Positions 12,507 through 26,481 are shown, counted from the stretch's first letter. The stretch: 64,000 nt of DNA from Octopus sinensis (GCF_006345805.1 NW_021824845.1:1-64000); one strand, 5' to 3'. Made by a program: numbers and translations. Notes: a model not told the origin generated them from the letters alone.

Positions 12507-14132
12507 TATAGTATATATATGTAATAATGGAAAAAAAAAATGCTCTTATGTATTAAAAATTTTTTTCATTATTAAAGCGGGTCGGCAAATTATTAACAAC
12601 AATTAATGAAAAAAACTTCTTTTGCATTCATAGGCTACCGTTCACCTTTTCTAGATTCAAATAGAACTTAGCACTTCCACTATTATTAATTTTTAACTCC
12701 CTTCTTTAACTAACTATACCTGGGTCTTATAATTCTAAAGTATACAACTTATAAATTTATAATTTTATAATTTTATAGCTACATTTGTATAATAATAATA
12801 GATGTGTCTAGTATTATTTGTTTCTTGTTTTTGTATGTGGGTTTGTTTGTTTTTTAAGGGAAATGCAATATGACATGAAATAACATATTTCATTTGGTAT
12901 TTGCCTTGTAATATGTGATTTTTGAAGTTTTCTAATATTGCATAGTATATTGCATAGTATATATGTATATCTTGGTTAGATACCTAGCTCTAGATAATGT
13001 AATGATATTGTATAATATGTAATATATGAGAGCCTTTTATGAGTTTGGTGTGTTTAGGTGAGAATATAGGTTTTTTGTATGTGTTTATTTGGAAGGTTTT
13101 TATTGTATATTTGGTCTTTCTTTGTACTCACCTTAATTTGTATCTTATGCTATTTACTAATAAACCTTTTCATTTTTTTTCATTTTTTCATTTACATACA
13201 TTTGGCTTTATAAATATTACCAGCCTTATATATTTAGTTTATATCTATAGTCCTCTGGATCTGTACTTTAAATTATCCTTCCATACATATTTACTTTCAA
13301 CAATATAACATATATATTCACTTATTTATTGTTTTATTTTATTGTAATGTTATCAATCTGCATTTAGTCTTCTAATTATTTATTTATTTGCCTATTTAAG
13401 TGTAGATGTTTACATACATATCAAGTCATCTAATTTGTTATCTATTTATTTTACTTATTTACTTATACTAGGTAGAGTTTATACATACATATCTATCATT
13501 TATTTTTATTTAATTTTAATAATATATGAATACATATATACTGGTTTGTACTTATAATATGTGTATAACCGTATATATTCCTTCGTATTTATTCCTTCTT
13601 ATTTATCTTATCACATTTTATCTTAAGTATTTATAATATAAATTTTTTTAAATTTCTGTGATGTTCTCATAAGCGTTTACATTAGTACTTCCCCTTCTAT
13701 TTTTTAATGCCTAAACTGGATATTATGGCATTAAATTTATTAAGTAAATAAGAGATTATTTTAATATATATAAATTAATATATATTTTATATTTTATAAT
13801 TTAGCGTACTTGGAATCATAACAAACTTACGATAAATCTAACAACCGTATGTTTACTATGCAACAAACCGGTGTTTAAATTTTAAGTTACCCCATGAAAT
13901 AATTTATCTGACTTATAACATACTGATATTTAAAATATATTTATATCTAAAATTAAATATTTTATGAATGCATGGGTGGTTATTTTCCGTTATTGAGGCA
14001 CATTTATAATTTTGAAGGACTAAATGGTAGCATAGTTGTCTTCCTTTTTGTTTATCTATGTGCTAGTTGTTGCTTGTGATTATGTATGTGTATAAGTGTA
14101 TGTATATAACATATAACTATGTGTGTATGTGT

Positions 14133-14331
14133 CGATTGATCTGTAGATGCGTGTGTGAATATTGGCGTTCCTTGACTATCCAACCGTATAATTTTCTTTT
14201 GTGATTTAAATTTCAAACCAATAGCCAATCGAATTAATCTAAATTTTCTTTACCTAGTGATCAGCATTTCTAAACTCATAGTTATTTCGATCTTGAAAGG
14301 ATGGACTTGTGCTAACAACTTAACCTGTATC

Positions 14332-14366
<35 letters not shown>

Positions 14367-15018
14367 TATTATTATTATTTATAATATTAATAGTAATTTT
14401 TATTAACTTTTATAGCTTTAATTTTATGAACTGACCATGGTTTTAATTATTATTTTTCATCTCCCTATGTGTTACTTTTTAAAAAAAAACTATTACCAAA
14501 TATGTATAATATCGGTACTTATTAATATTAATATATACACTGATATATATTTTGTTTTATTTTTTGTCTGTTTACCTTCCTTTATTGTACCAATGAGTAT
14601 TATATTATATAAGTGTAGCATTATGATGTATAAGTTTTTATATATTTACATTTTTATATTTTTATTTTATATGTATATGGTTTATAATATTTTTCACAAT
14701 TATAACAAATTTAATTTAATTCTCTGAAGAGGCCGTGGGGCATCCTTGTTAATGCCTCATTTATACCTGCCTTTATGGCTTATAGGTTAAATGAGTACTG
14801 ACTGGCCTCACTGCCGAAACAGCTGTCAGTTTTGATTTAATTGCATATTATATTTGAAATTTTTACTTATATCTCTTATCTTTTACTATTACTGTATATC
14901 TCATTTTGTATAATGCCTTTACTCATATGTAATGGTGTATTAAAGTATTGATTGGGTATCATCGGATAGTTGATGTTTTATTGATTTAAGTATGTTTCTC
15001 TCCATTCTCTAATTTTGT
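14133..15018 (+). mobile_element. ~885-bp non-coding, hammerhead-bearing element (Penelope pLTR-like), copy 1
   Basis: Near-identical reverse-complement copy at 16474-17358. Both ends abut microsatellite. Contains an HHR core at 14724-14827. Confidence 0.75.
14722..14829 (+). ncRNA. Type I hammerhead ribozyme with extended branched helix II
   Basis: CTGAAGA (14724-14730), helix II GGCCGTGGGG/CCTCACTGCC, GAAA (14816-14819), C-AGCT-G helix III with palindromic loop, GUC site at 14827, proximal helix I CT/AG. Confidence 0.75.
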
Positions 15019-15019
15019 A

Positions 15020-15060
<41 letters not shown>

Positions 15061-15345
15061 ACACACACACTGCATATTTGTACATACACTTCTTACGCTA
15101 AATGCATAGATTCATATATTTATTTACATATATATCTACATGTATATATATATATATATTATATATATATAACTTTGTTTATAATTTATATACATAGATA
15201 CAAACGTGGATGCCTTCATACTGTATGTATATATGTTTTTTAAAAAGTAAAATAACCAGCTATCATTGTTTATCTCCATCTTTTGTACATCAGCATTGTC
15301 AGTGCAATAATCCCATAGAAACATAGAAATATTTTTACAGAAGAT

Positions 15346-15386
<41 letters not shown>

Positions 15387-16473
15387 TTACTTCTCGCTGG
15401 CTTCCTCCTCCTCCCACCATTCCTTTCTCCGCCTCTCCTCTTCTCCTCATCACATATTTACTGCCATTATTACATTTGTCAATATACCGCCGTTTTTCTA
15501 GTATCTTATCTGTTTTTACTTCAATATTTGCCACGAAAATGTGTTTTGGTTTAAAACAAAAAAATTATTTTGCAAATCTGTTGATTTCAACAGCAAACAC
15601 TCCAAGAAAATGTACGTATGTTTAAACACAGATACATATAGCTATATACGATATATATTCAGTCATATACATATATATATATATATCCCACGTATATATA
15701 TATATATATATAATATATATATATATATTATATATATATATATATAATATATATACACATAACATCATATGTATGCATTTATATATATATAGATGAGATA
15801 TAGATAGATAGATAGACAAGCAGAGACAGACAGACAAACAGATAGTCAGATAGATAGATAGATACATACATACATAGACAGAATACTTTCAAACATGCAT
15901 ACATATATGCATAGATATTGGTGTGCATATACTGTCCAACTGCATAAACAATAATATATATATACTTATACATTATGTATAGGTGTATTGAATATACATA
16001 TAATGTATAATTTTATATATGGTATGTACGTGCGACGACCTGTGTTTGTATGTGTATATGCGATGCAGATTGAGATAGACAGAGAGAGAAAGAAAGAAAC
16101 AAACAAACAAAGAGAGTACATATCTGTATGTGTGTGTTTGTAAGTAAAACCAGGGAAAATTGTGCTTAAAACATTTAGTAGAGTCCGTTCAATTGAAGAG
16201 CAAGATTTAGCGTTTCGTTACTCAGAGATACTCGCGTCTTGCATGTTGTTGAATCAGATAAATGTGTGTGTGTGTGTGTATACATACATACATACATAAT
16301 ACATACATATATATATATATGTATACATATATATACATATATATACATATATATATGCATACATATATATATGCATACATATATATATGCATACATATAT
16401 ATATACATATATATATGCAAACATATATATATGCATACATATATATATGCATACATATATATATATACATACA

Positions 16474-17358
16474 ACAAAATTAGAGAATGGAGAAACATAC
16501 TTAAATCAATAAAACATCAACTATCCGATGATACCCAATCAATACTTTAATACACCATTACATATGAGTAAAGGCATTATATAAAATGAGATATACAGTA
16601 ATAGTAAAAAGAAAAGAGATATAAGTCAAAACTTTTCAAATATAATATGCAATTAAATCAAAACTGACAGCTTTTTCGGCAGTGAGGGCAGTTATACCTC
16701 ATTTAAACCTCTTAGCCATAAAGGCAGGTTAAATGAGGCATTAACAAGGATGCCCCACGGCCTCTTCAGAGAATTAAATTAAATTTGTTATATTGTGAAA
16801 AATAATATAACCATATACATATATATAAAAATATAAAAATGTAAAATATAAAAAATATAAAAACTTATACATCATAATGCTACACTTATATAATATATCT
16901 TAATGGTACAATAAAGGAAGGTAAACAGAACAAAATAAAAACAATATATATCAGTGTATATACTAATATTAATAAGTACCGATATTATACATATTTGGCT
17001 AATAGTTTCAAAAAAAAAAAAAAAACTAACACATAGGGAGATGAAAAATAAAATTAAAACCATTGTTCAGTTCATAAATTCTAAAGCTATGAAGTTATAA
17101 AAATTACTATAATATTAATAATAATAATATAATAATAAAAATAATAATAATAATATTAATAGATACAGTTAAGTTAGCACCAAGTCCATCCTTTCAAGAT
17201 CGAAATAACTGTGAGTTTTAGAAATGCTGATCACTAGGTAAAGAAAATTTAGATTAATTCGATTGGCTATTGGTTTGAAATTTAAATCACAAAAGAAAAT
17301 TATACGGTTGGTTAGTCACGGAACGCCAATATTCACACACGCATCTACAGATCAATCG
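16474..17358 (-). mobile_element. ~885-bp hammerhead-bearing element, copy 2 (inverted)
   Basis: Reverse complement of 14133-15018 with scattered substitutions and indels. Confidence 0.75.
16664..16771 (-). ncRNA. Hammerhead ribozyme copy with helix III mutation (GAAA-A-AGCT-G-UC)
   Basis: TCTTCAG at 16763-16769 and GACAGCTTTTTCGG at 16666-16679. The C15.2>A change breaks the single C-G pair of helix III. Confidence 0.6.
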
Positions 17359-17900
17359 CATACATATATATATACATACATATATATATACATATAAATA
17401 TACATATATATATACATATACATACATATACATATATACATGTACATATATAGATGTATACGTATATACATATATATATATAGACATATACATATATATA
17501 TATACATATACACATATATACATATATACATGTACATATACATATATACATATATACATATATACACATATATATACACATATATATACACACACACATA
17601 TATATATATATACACATATATAAATATACACATATATATATATATAAATATACATATATATATACACACATATATATATGTACACATATGTATACACACA
17701 TATATATACACACATATATATACACATAAATATATACACATATATATATGCACATATATACATGCACATATATACATACATATATATATATATACACACA
17801 TATATACATATACATATTATATGCATACATGTATGTATGTTTGTATGTAAGTATGAATGTCTACAGATGAGTAAATGTTTCGATGTGTGTGTGTGTATAC

Positions 17901-18226
17901 AGGTGAAGACACCCTTCGTTCATGAATGACCATGGGTTTAACGTAGAAAATTCCCTTCCAAAGCACAAGTCTGGCCAAGGTTGTTTATGGAAGACCAGCC
18001 CCCATCTCGCCGCCCCACTGATGTCATCCAAAGGAAAGGGCAAAGGAGCCGATACAGTTTGGCACCACTGACGTCACAACTCATTTCTACAGCTGAATGT
18101 ACTGGAACAACGTGAAATAACGTGTGTTACTCAAGAACACAACATACAAACCTGTCCAAAAATTGAACTCACTCCCTCATTATTATGAATCGACGCTCTA
18201 ACAACCGAGCCACGCGCCTTCACGCC
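17901..18226 (-). mobile_element. tRNA-derived SINE, family C, with RTE-like 3' tail
   Basis: Head GGCGCGTGGCTCGGTTGTTAGAGCG...GAGTTCAATT, TTCTTGAGTAACAC. Tail CCATGGTCATTCATGAACGAAGGG resembles the RTE 3' end. Confidence 0.65.
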
Positions 18227-18286
18227 TATATGTGAATGTGTATACATTGTGTGTGTCCTTGAGTGTGTGTGTGTTTGTGCATATAC

Positions 18287-18322
<36 letters not shown>

Positions 18323-18399
18323 CGTGTGTGTGACTGTGTGTGTGTGTATCTGCGTTATTCTCTCATTTGCTAGTCTGTGGGAAAGACCCATGACCTTTG

Positions 18400-19200
18400 C
18401 CGCTCTACACTAACCTCTAAAAATCTGCTTAAACCGTTGCAGGAAGATATGAGCATGCAACAGAATCCAAAGAGCCGATAATCGGGGGGGGGGGGCCGGA
18501 TTACTGGCTCTAGGAGGTCCTAAGTGTCTCTGATGATCTGTCTCAACCCCAACAAAGAGGAGTGCAAAGTCGGGAGAGTCGAGCGATGGCAATATGAAGC
18601 GAAACTTTTTCAGAGAGAACAGGTTATTTTACTAATGGTAGAAAAGAAAATACAAAGATGAGGCAGCGAGGCTGTGGGCCTGAGACACGAGTGTGTTCTT
18701 TAATAATTATCAATCTGTGGCTAGCTTTTTCTCCGAATGCTATCCAAGACGGTTGCGTTGGCAGTGACAGAACTGTCTTAGATATGGTAGCAGTACCCTA
18801 TTTGTAAGCCTCTTTCCTTGCACATAGTCAGCAGCTATGGGAATTAAAATACCCTGTGGCTTCACAGAAAGGGGCTAGTATTTAGGCTGCTGTCCTACAT
18901 ATCCATAGAGTATGATTTCACCAGGACGGATCCCTGATGATAGTAAGGTCCAGCATTTGAAACAGCAACAAGGGCACTCTATGTGTACCACACATGTTTG
19001 TTGAGTGTGGTGCAGTGCTATTTTCTTAACATGAGTAAGGCTTGAGCTTTTAAGGTTGTTTTGGTGTTTTTTGCTCTTAAAAGAGACAAGTTAGGCATAA
19101 CTCCAATGAAAGACTCACTCTTTCCGATCATGGTTGCAAATTTAATGTGGAGGGTAGGTCGTGTTTAGAGATTACAAGCTCAGACGAAGTTGCGGTGAAA
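18400..19200 (-). pseudogene. Possible heavily degraded LINE ORF1 (gag-knuckle-like) sequence
   Basis: One minus frame gives LPYLRQFCHCQRNRLG*H, loosely like a CX2CX4H knuckle. Many stops. Confidence 0.2.
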
Positions 19201-19506
19201 GGACTTGTCACCTGCATCATGGTGAGCGTTACTACAGAGGAGGGCGAGGAGAACATTGCGGTTAAGAAGGTACAGAGTTTGGGACAGACGCGAATCCTGT
19301 GAGGGACAGAAGAGTGAGTGTGAGTTTTACAGAGATAGATTGATTGCTTACCATTCCTATTTCTAGGAATGAATGGTGTCTCCGAATGAAACGTCGCTGT
19401 TTCCCGCCAAAGCAACGGGGTACTCGTTATTTTGAGTGTTCTCATCTCTACGGTATGTAGCAATGGATATACATACACACACAATATGTATGCATGTATG
19501 AGTGTA

Positions 19507-19540
<34 letters not shown>

Positions 19541-19582
19541 AGCGTGTGTGTATATATATATATATATATAACAATGTAAGCA

Positions 19583-19843
19583 TGCAGCGTGGAAGGTGTT
19601 TATAAGCCATTTAAGAAACACACAAAAACCGTTAGGTTCACTTCAACAATTAAATTTAATTTGTCAAAATATTTTCGTCGCTTTGAGACCGCGACCTGTT
19701 CACTGACAAAACTGCAGCACGAAGTTTTGTCAGTGAACAGGTCGCGTCTCAATGCGACGAAAATATTTTGACAAATTAAATTTAATTGTTGAAGTGAACC
19801 TAACGGTTTTTGTGTGTTTCTTATAAACACCTTCCACGCTGCA
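19583..19843. repeat. Near-perfect palindrome / fold-back (arms ~120-130 bp, 9-nt loop 19714-19722)
   Basis: TGCAGCGTGGAAGGTGTTTATAAG...GACAAAACT / AGTTTTGTC...CTTATAAACACCTTCCACGCTGCA. A 9-nt insertion and two small differences lie in the left arm. Confidence 0.95.
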
Positions 19844-21584
19844 ATTGTTTTCGTTCCAGCACACGATCTCAGATCAAGTCACTCGCTATGCAAGTACATC
19901 TCCGTAAATGTAAGCATAGAAGGGAGCATATACACATGCACAGATATATATATGTTTGGATATACGCACATGGGCATATATGAATTCTTATTTATATATG
20001 AATGTCTATATGCTTGTATAAAGATGTATGTACGCACGTATTTAGGAATGCGTGTAACAATGCTCCTACCATAATATATATTCGCATAGCATCACTTGTC
20101 TATCTAAACTTATCTCGTTCTATATTCCAATTCTTTCACTCTCCCATTATAAATAGATACTTGTCTCTTTCTCGTCTTCTCTCTCCCCACCCCATATATG
20201 TGTGTGTGTGTGTGTGTGTACACATTCACATATATATATATTTCAGATGTATATATACATATATATAAACACATATTTATATACTTATGTTGCTCATGCA
20301 CACACGCACATACATGTGTCACTACCATTCTATCTCCAAGTATTTTTATTTCTTTATCCAATTTCCGGTACGTTTTTTGAGAGCATCGTCCCCCTCCAAG
20401 TCAACCACCCACCAGCCCTCCGCTGCACCATTCCGCCATCGCTGCATCTCTCCACTTCACGTCTGCAATGATCCGACCACCACCACCACCACTCCAAACC
20501 CTTTAAGTTGGTACCTTTTAAAATTCCTACCTTCAAGATAATCTTTTTTGCGCTTCCTCAATTGTTTTGTCTGTAGTTATTGCCAAATGGCTCTATGTTG
20601 GCGATGGTAGCGCTGCGATTGTTGCTGGTGCTGTTGCTGCTGAGGCGGATAATAATAATATAAATAATAATAATAATAATAAAAGTAATAATGATAGACG
20701 TGATATAGGCGATGGTTGGTGGCGTTGCGATAGCAATGGTGCTTTTGTGATATTCTTTTATACCGTACAAAATCCAATATTTGGGAATCTGTATTATTAC
20801 GTACCTGCAAACATACATACATGCAAACACGTGCATACACACATGTATATATTTACATACATACATACATATATACATACATACATGTATATATATATAT
20901 ACATACATATACATACATACATACATACATGTATATATATATACATACATATACATACATACATGTATATACACACTATACAACTATACACACACGCCTA
21001 TACATATATGCGAATGTATAGATATATATCATTGCATAGTCGTGTATTCCTATGTTTAGGTATACCTTCATATATATACATATATATATATGCGTATGTG
21101 TGTATGTGTGTGTGTGCTGATTAATATGTACTTGATATGAAATATATATAATATATGAATATATATACATACATATGTACATGCATGTGTATGTTTATAC
21201 AGATGAATGACGCATATATATTATTTATATAAGTCTATATATATCAATTATATTAATTGCGTGTATATGTGTGTGTGTATACATGTCCGCATGTGTATAT
21301 AAAAACAGTAGTATATAACATTACGCATGCACTTAAGTATGTGCGTATAATTTATACAGATTCGTTCTGTTTCAAAGGACTTTTATAGAGATAGATGATC
21401 ACGATATATATATATATAGATAGAGAGATAGATAAAGAGAGAGAGAGGGGCGGGAGAGTTCTTTAATCTATATTGTTGCATCCATTGTCCAGATTCGCGC
21501 ACACCTTTATATACACCTGCACACACGAACAGGAGCAAACACATTTATAGACACACACACACACATTCATACACCTCTCTTTCC

Positions 21585-21615
<31 letters not shown>

Positions 21616-22012
21616 TCTAAGTATACTTGTATGTGTGTGTATGTGTGCATACTCAATTACTTATCTCTGTGCATATGCCAAGAGATATACACTAACATAT
21701 ACGGGTGAACGTAAACATGCGCATAACTGGGCGTGTGTCTGCATAAGCTTGTTCGTGTGTATTTGTACCAGACGGGAATACACTTTTCTTGCAAAATATC
21801 TCTGACCAAACCTTGCTATTAACTGATGGAACCACTGATTCTTTCTTTGTTTCTATTGTTCTTTCTTTCTCCCTTTTCTCTCTTACACACACACCATCAG
21901 TATGTATGTACGAATGGATGGATGGATAGATAGAGAGATAGAGAGATAGATAGACAGAAACATAGGTACATAGATAAATATACTGGCGTATATATATATG
22001 CATATATCTATA

Positions 22013-22049
<37 letters not shown>

Positions 22050-22059
22050 TCTTACTCTT

Positions 22060-23577
22060 ATTTGTTTCAGTCATTTGACTGTGGCCATGTTGGAGCACCG
22101 CCTTTAGTCGAGCAAATCGACCCCGGGACTTATTCTTTGTAAGCCCAGTACTTATTCTATCGGTCTGTTTTGCCGAACCGCTAAGTGACGGGGGCGTAAA
22201 CACACCAGCATCGTTTTTCAAGCAATGCTAGGGGGACAAACACAGACACACAAACACACACATACATATTGTTACGGTTGGCTAGGTGCATTTCTGGTGA
22301 CCCACATAGGAATAATGGCACCATGTTGTCTGGTGAAAATGTGACAGTCTTTTGTCTAATGGAGGACTAATGGGTTTTGGAATGACCTGTGACCTCGTGC
22401 GGCTGAGAAGAGGGTCAGGAGAATGTGAGAGAGGAAGACAGATTAAGGGCTGAGAGCAAATAGAGATAGGGTATAAGCAGTAGGGGACGGATGGAGAGGC
22501 TAAGAGACAGCAGGCGATATAGATAGAGTAAGGAATCAGAGAGCAAATAGAAAGGCTAAGAGACAGCAGGCGATATAGATAGGATATAAGGACCAGGGCA
22601 GTTAGAGAGGGTGTGAGCGGTACAGAGGGAGATGAGGGGAGTGGAAGAAAGGCAGGACAAGGAAGTGTGGTTCTGGCGGTGGGTAGTTGGTCGTCAAGAA
22701 GGGCAGTCGTTGAGCGGTCGTCGAGGAACACAGACGGATCTTGGAGTCGCTGGCCGGTCCTCGAAGAAGACAGACGGACCTTGGATTTAAGGAGCAAGCG
22801 TTGGAATTCTTAGGAGCAAATTGGATGCGAGAAAGCTTGGCGGCGCAGAAGGGAATTAGCAGTATTCAGAGGAATTAGCAGTATTGAGAGGAATGGGACA
22901 CTGGCAGATTCAATTAGGAATTGAGGTATGTGTTTGTGCATTGATATGTGTCACGGTGTATTGAACAGTGAAAAGAACAGTCAAGGACTCTGTCGATGTG
23001 GAGAAGAAGAGTAAAGGACTTGTTGATTGTGATGTTTAGGAAGAGACTTTAAAGAACTGTTGTCTTCGGACGTGTACTCTTGAAATGCTGTTGTATTATG
23101 CGTTGATCTGTTGCATGATGTATTGAGTAGTCACGTGCATGTCTTCCTTTAAATGTCTGCCTTAAATGTATTTGATGTGTAGCAATTGATTGTCGTATAA
23201 ACTGTTGTTTGAATATATAAGCCAGTGTCTCTGTTGCCTTGCCTCTCTTTGGGTTGTATCTCGGGTTGTGCCTCTGTATATATGTGCTGCTGCGGTTGTG
23301 GTTGTTGTTGTATCTCTCCTCTCCTCCTCTTTGGGTTCCGTGGCGGAACTTGTGTGAGCCGTTCGGGACGGGCGACGACGGGTGATTCCGTAACAATATA
23401 TATATATATATACGACAGGCTTCTTTCAGTTTCCATCTACCAAATCCACTCACAAGGCATTGGTCGGCCCGGGGCTATAGCAGAAGACACTTGCCCAAGA
23501 TGCCATGCAGTGGGACTGAACCAGGAACCATGTGGTTGGTTAGCAAGTTACTTACCACACAGCCACTCCTGCGCCTA
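22060..23577 (-). mobile_element. Family-B SINE split by the solo LTR (3' half 22060-22269, 5' half 23396-23577)
   Basis: 5' half: AGGCGCAGGAGTGGCTGTGTGGTAAG...GGTTCAGTCCC...TTGGGCAAGTGTCT. 3' half ends GGTGCTCCAACATGGCCACAGTCAAATGACTGAAAC. Confidence 0.8.
22270..23395. mobile_element. Solo LTR (Gypsy-like), 1126 bp
   Basis: Termini TGTTACGG...CCGTAACA (8-bp inverted, TG..CA) with 4-bp TSD ATAT (22266-22269 / 23396-23399). No ORF. Internal short direct repeats. Confidence 0.8.
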
Positions 23578-23579
23578 TA

Positions 23580-23587
23580 TAGATATG

Positions 23588-23621
<34 letters not shown>

Positions 23622-23739
23622 TATACACAATTAATATATTATATACATATATATATACACATTTATATATATATATACATATATATATATACAATTATAT
23701 ATATATATACATATTATATATACATATATATCTATACAT

Positions 23740-23771
<32 letters not shown>

Positions 23772-23985
23772 TATATACATATTATATATACCTATATATA
23801 TATACAATTATATATATACATATATATAATATACATTATATATATATATATACATATATATATATCCATTATATATATATATATACACTATATATATTAT
23901 ATATATACATATATATATATACAATTATATATATTATATATACACATATATATATATACAATTATATATATATATATCCACATAT

Positions 23986-24043
<58 letters not shown>

Positions 24044-24066
24044 CATATATTATATATACAATATAT

Positions 24067-24098
<32 letters not shown>

Positions 24099-24222
24099 AT
24101 ATATACATATATATATATATATATATAATATATATATATATATATCTATACATATAATATACATATATTAATATATACATATATATTATACATATATATA
24201 TATATACCTATATATATATATC

Positions 24223-24260
<38 letters not shown>

Positions 24261-24299
24261 CATATATAATACATATATATATATACATCATATATATAC

Positions 24300-24330
<31 letters not shown>

Positions 24331-24351
24331 TATATACATATATATATATAC

Positions 24352-24382
<31 letters not shown>

Positions 24383-24606
24383 CATATATATATATACCAT
24401 ATATATAATATCTATATATATATCTATATATCTATATATATATATAATATATATATACATAATATATACATATTATATATACTATATATATATACATATA
24501 TATATTATCATACATAATATATATACATACATATATATATATATCCCTACATATATATATAATATCCTACATATATATAATATATTACATACAATATATA
24601 TAATAT

Positions 24607-24637
<31 letters not shown>

Positions 24638-24659
24638 CATACATATATATATAATATAT

Positions 24660-24699
<40 letters not shown>

Positions 24700-24944
24700 T
24701 ATATATATATACATATTATACAATATATATATATATATACATTCTATATATATATATATTACTAATTATATATATATACATATACATATATATATATAAT
24801 ATAATATAATATACATCTACTATAATATATATACATATATATATATAATATATATCTATATAATTATATATATATATATATATTATATATATATAATACA
24901 TATATATATATACTATATATATATATATACATATATATATATAC

Positions 24945-24975
<31 letters not shown>

Positions 24976-24978
24976 CAG

Positions 24979-25014
<36 letters not shown>

Positions 25015-25500
25015 CATATATATATAGATATATATACATATATATATATACATATATATATACATCTATATATATACATATATATATATACATATATATA
25101 TATAGACATACATATATATATATACATACATATATATATATATATACATACATATATATATATATATCCTATACATATATATATATATATATACATACAT
25201 ATATATATATATATATACATACATATATATATATATATATATACATACATATATATAATAAATATACATACATATCATATATATATATATAATCTACATA
25301 TATCTATATATACATATATATACATATATATATATATTATACATATATCTACATATATATAATATATATATATACATATACATATATATATCATATATAT
25401 ACTATATCTATATATAATATACATATATATATATATATATATAATATATATCTATATATTATATATTCTATATTATATATATATATATATACATATATAG
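23580..25500. repeat. ~1.9-kb imperfect (TA)n array
   Basis: Directly visible. Confidence 0.95.
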
Positions 25501-25614
25501 TGACGCATATTTGCCATTGGTCGGCCCGGGGCTATAGCAGAAGACACTTGCCCAAGATGCCATGCATGGGACTGACTTGTATATATATATATATATATAT
25601 ATTCTATATACTCT

Positions 25615-25723
25615 TTTTATAGAAGGAGCTTCTACAGGGCTAGAACTGTTTCATTCAAATGAAATCATCCTGATATTTCATTTGAATGAAACAGTTCTAG
25701 TCCTGGAAGCTCATTCTATAAAA
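25615..25723. repeat. ~110-bp palindrome (MITE-like fold-back)
   Basis: TTTTATAGAA..GAGCTTC..CAGGGCTAGAACTGTTTCATTCAAATGAAAT / ATTTCATTTGAATGAAACAGTTCTAGTCCTG GAAGCTC..TTCTATAAAA. Confidence 0.9.
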
Positions 25724-26051
25724 TTTAATTTACTCTGCCATGTATTGAGTACCTTATTTACTGTGGTTAACCCCGACTCAACCCGGGACCTACATATATA
25801 TACAATTATATATATATATATATATCGACATATACACACATACATATATGCTTACTCTACGTACGCGTATATATGTATGTGTATATGTATGTATATAATT
25901 TTAAATAAATAGGTATTTATATGAATTTTTGTTTAATCTACCTAAACACATATTCAGTCCATTTACTAGATTTGGTCTTGTTAGATGTAAACTATAATTT
26001 ACTTATTACAATACACATAGAACATATGCACACACAGACACACACGTATAT

Positions 26052-26124
<73 letters not shown>

Positions 26125-26481
26125 AAGCATGGACATAAATACCTATAACATATGTGCTTACGTAACTTCTTCGTACTCGTGGTGTCTATAATTGTCTTTT
26201 ATAATCTTTGTATATTCTGTTTCTCTTTTTCTGAAATCTGTTTCCTCGAATTTGCTTAAAAAAATATTCCATTTTCTTTGCATTTTCCAAAATTTTCTCT
26301 CAGTATTTCCTATTTCAACAACGTTTCCAAAATTTCTTTACACCTTTTTCTCTCTAATTTCTTTTCTTCTTGTTGCTTTTCTTTTATTTTTGGAGTTGCT
26401 CGCATTCGTATGTATGTATATATATTATATATATATATATATATATATTTGTATGTTTATTTATATATATATATATAATAT

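Noticed and set aside
18930-18975. CTGATGA...GAAACAGC on the plus strand
   Set aside because: No helix II closure and no UH cleavage triplet.
26160-26407. Purine-rich minus-strand island with a ~59-codon frame ending at GTAAG
   Set aside because: No acceptor, biased composition and no recognisable homology.
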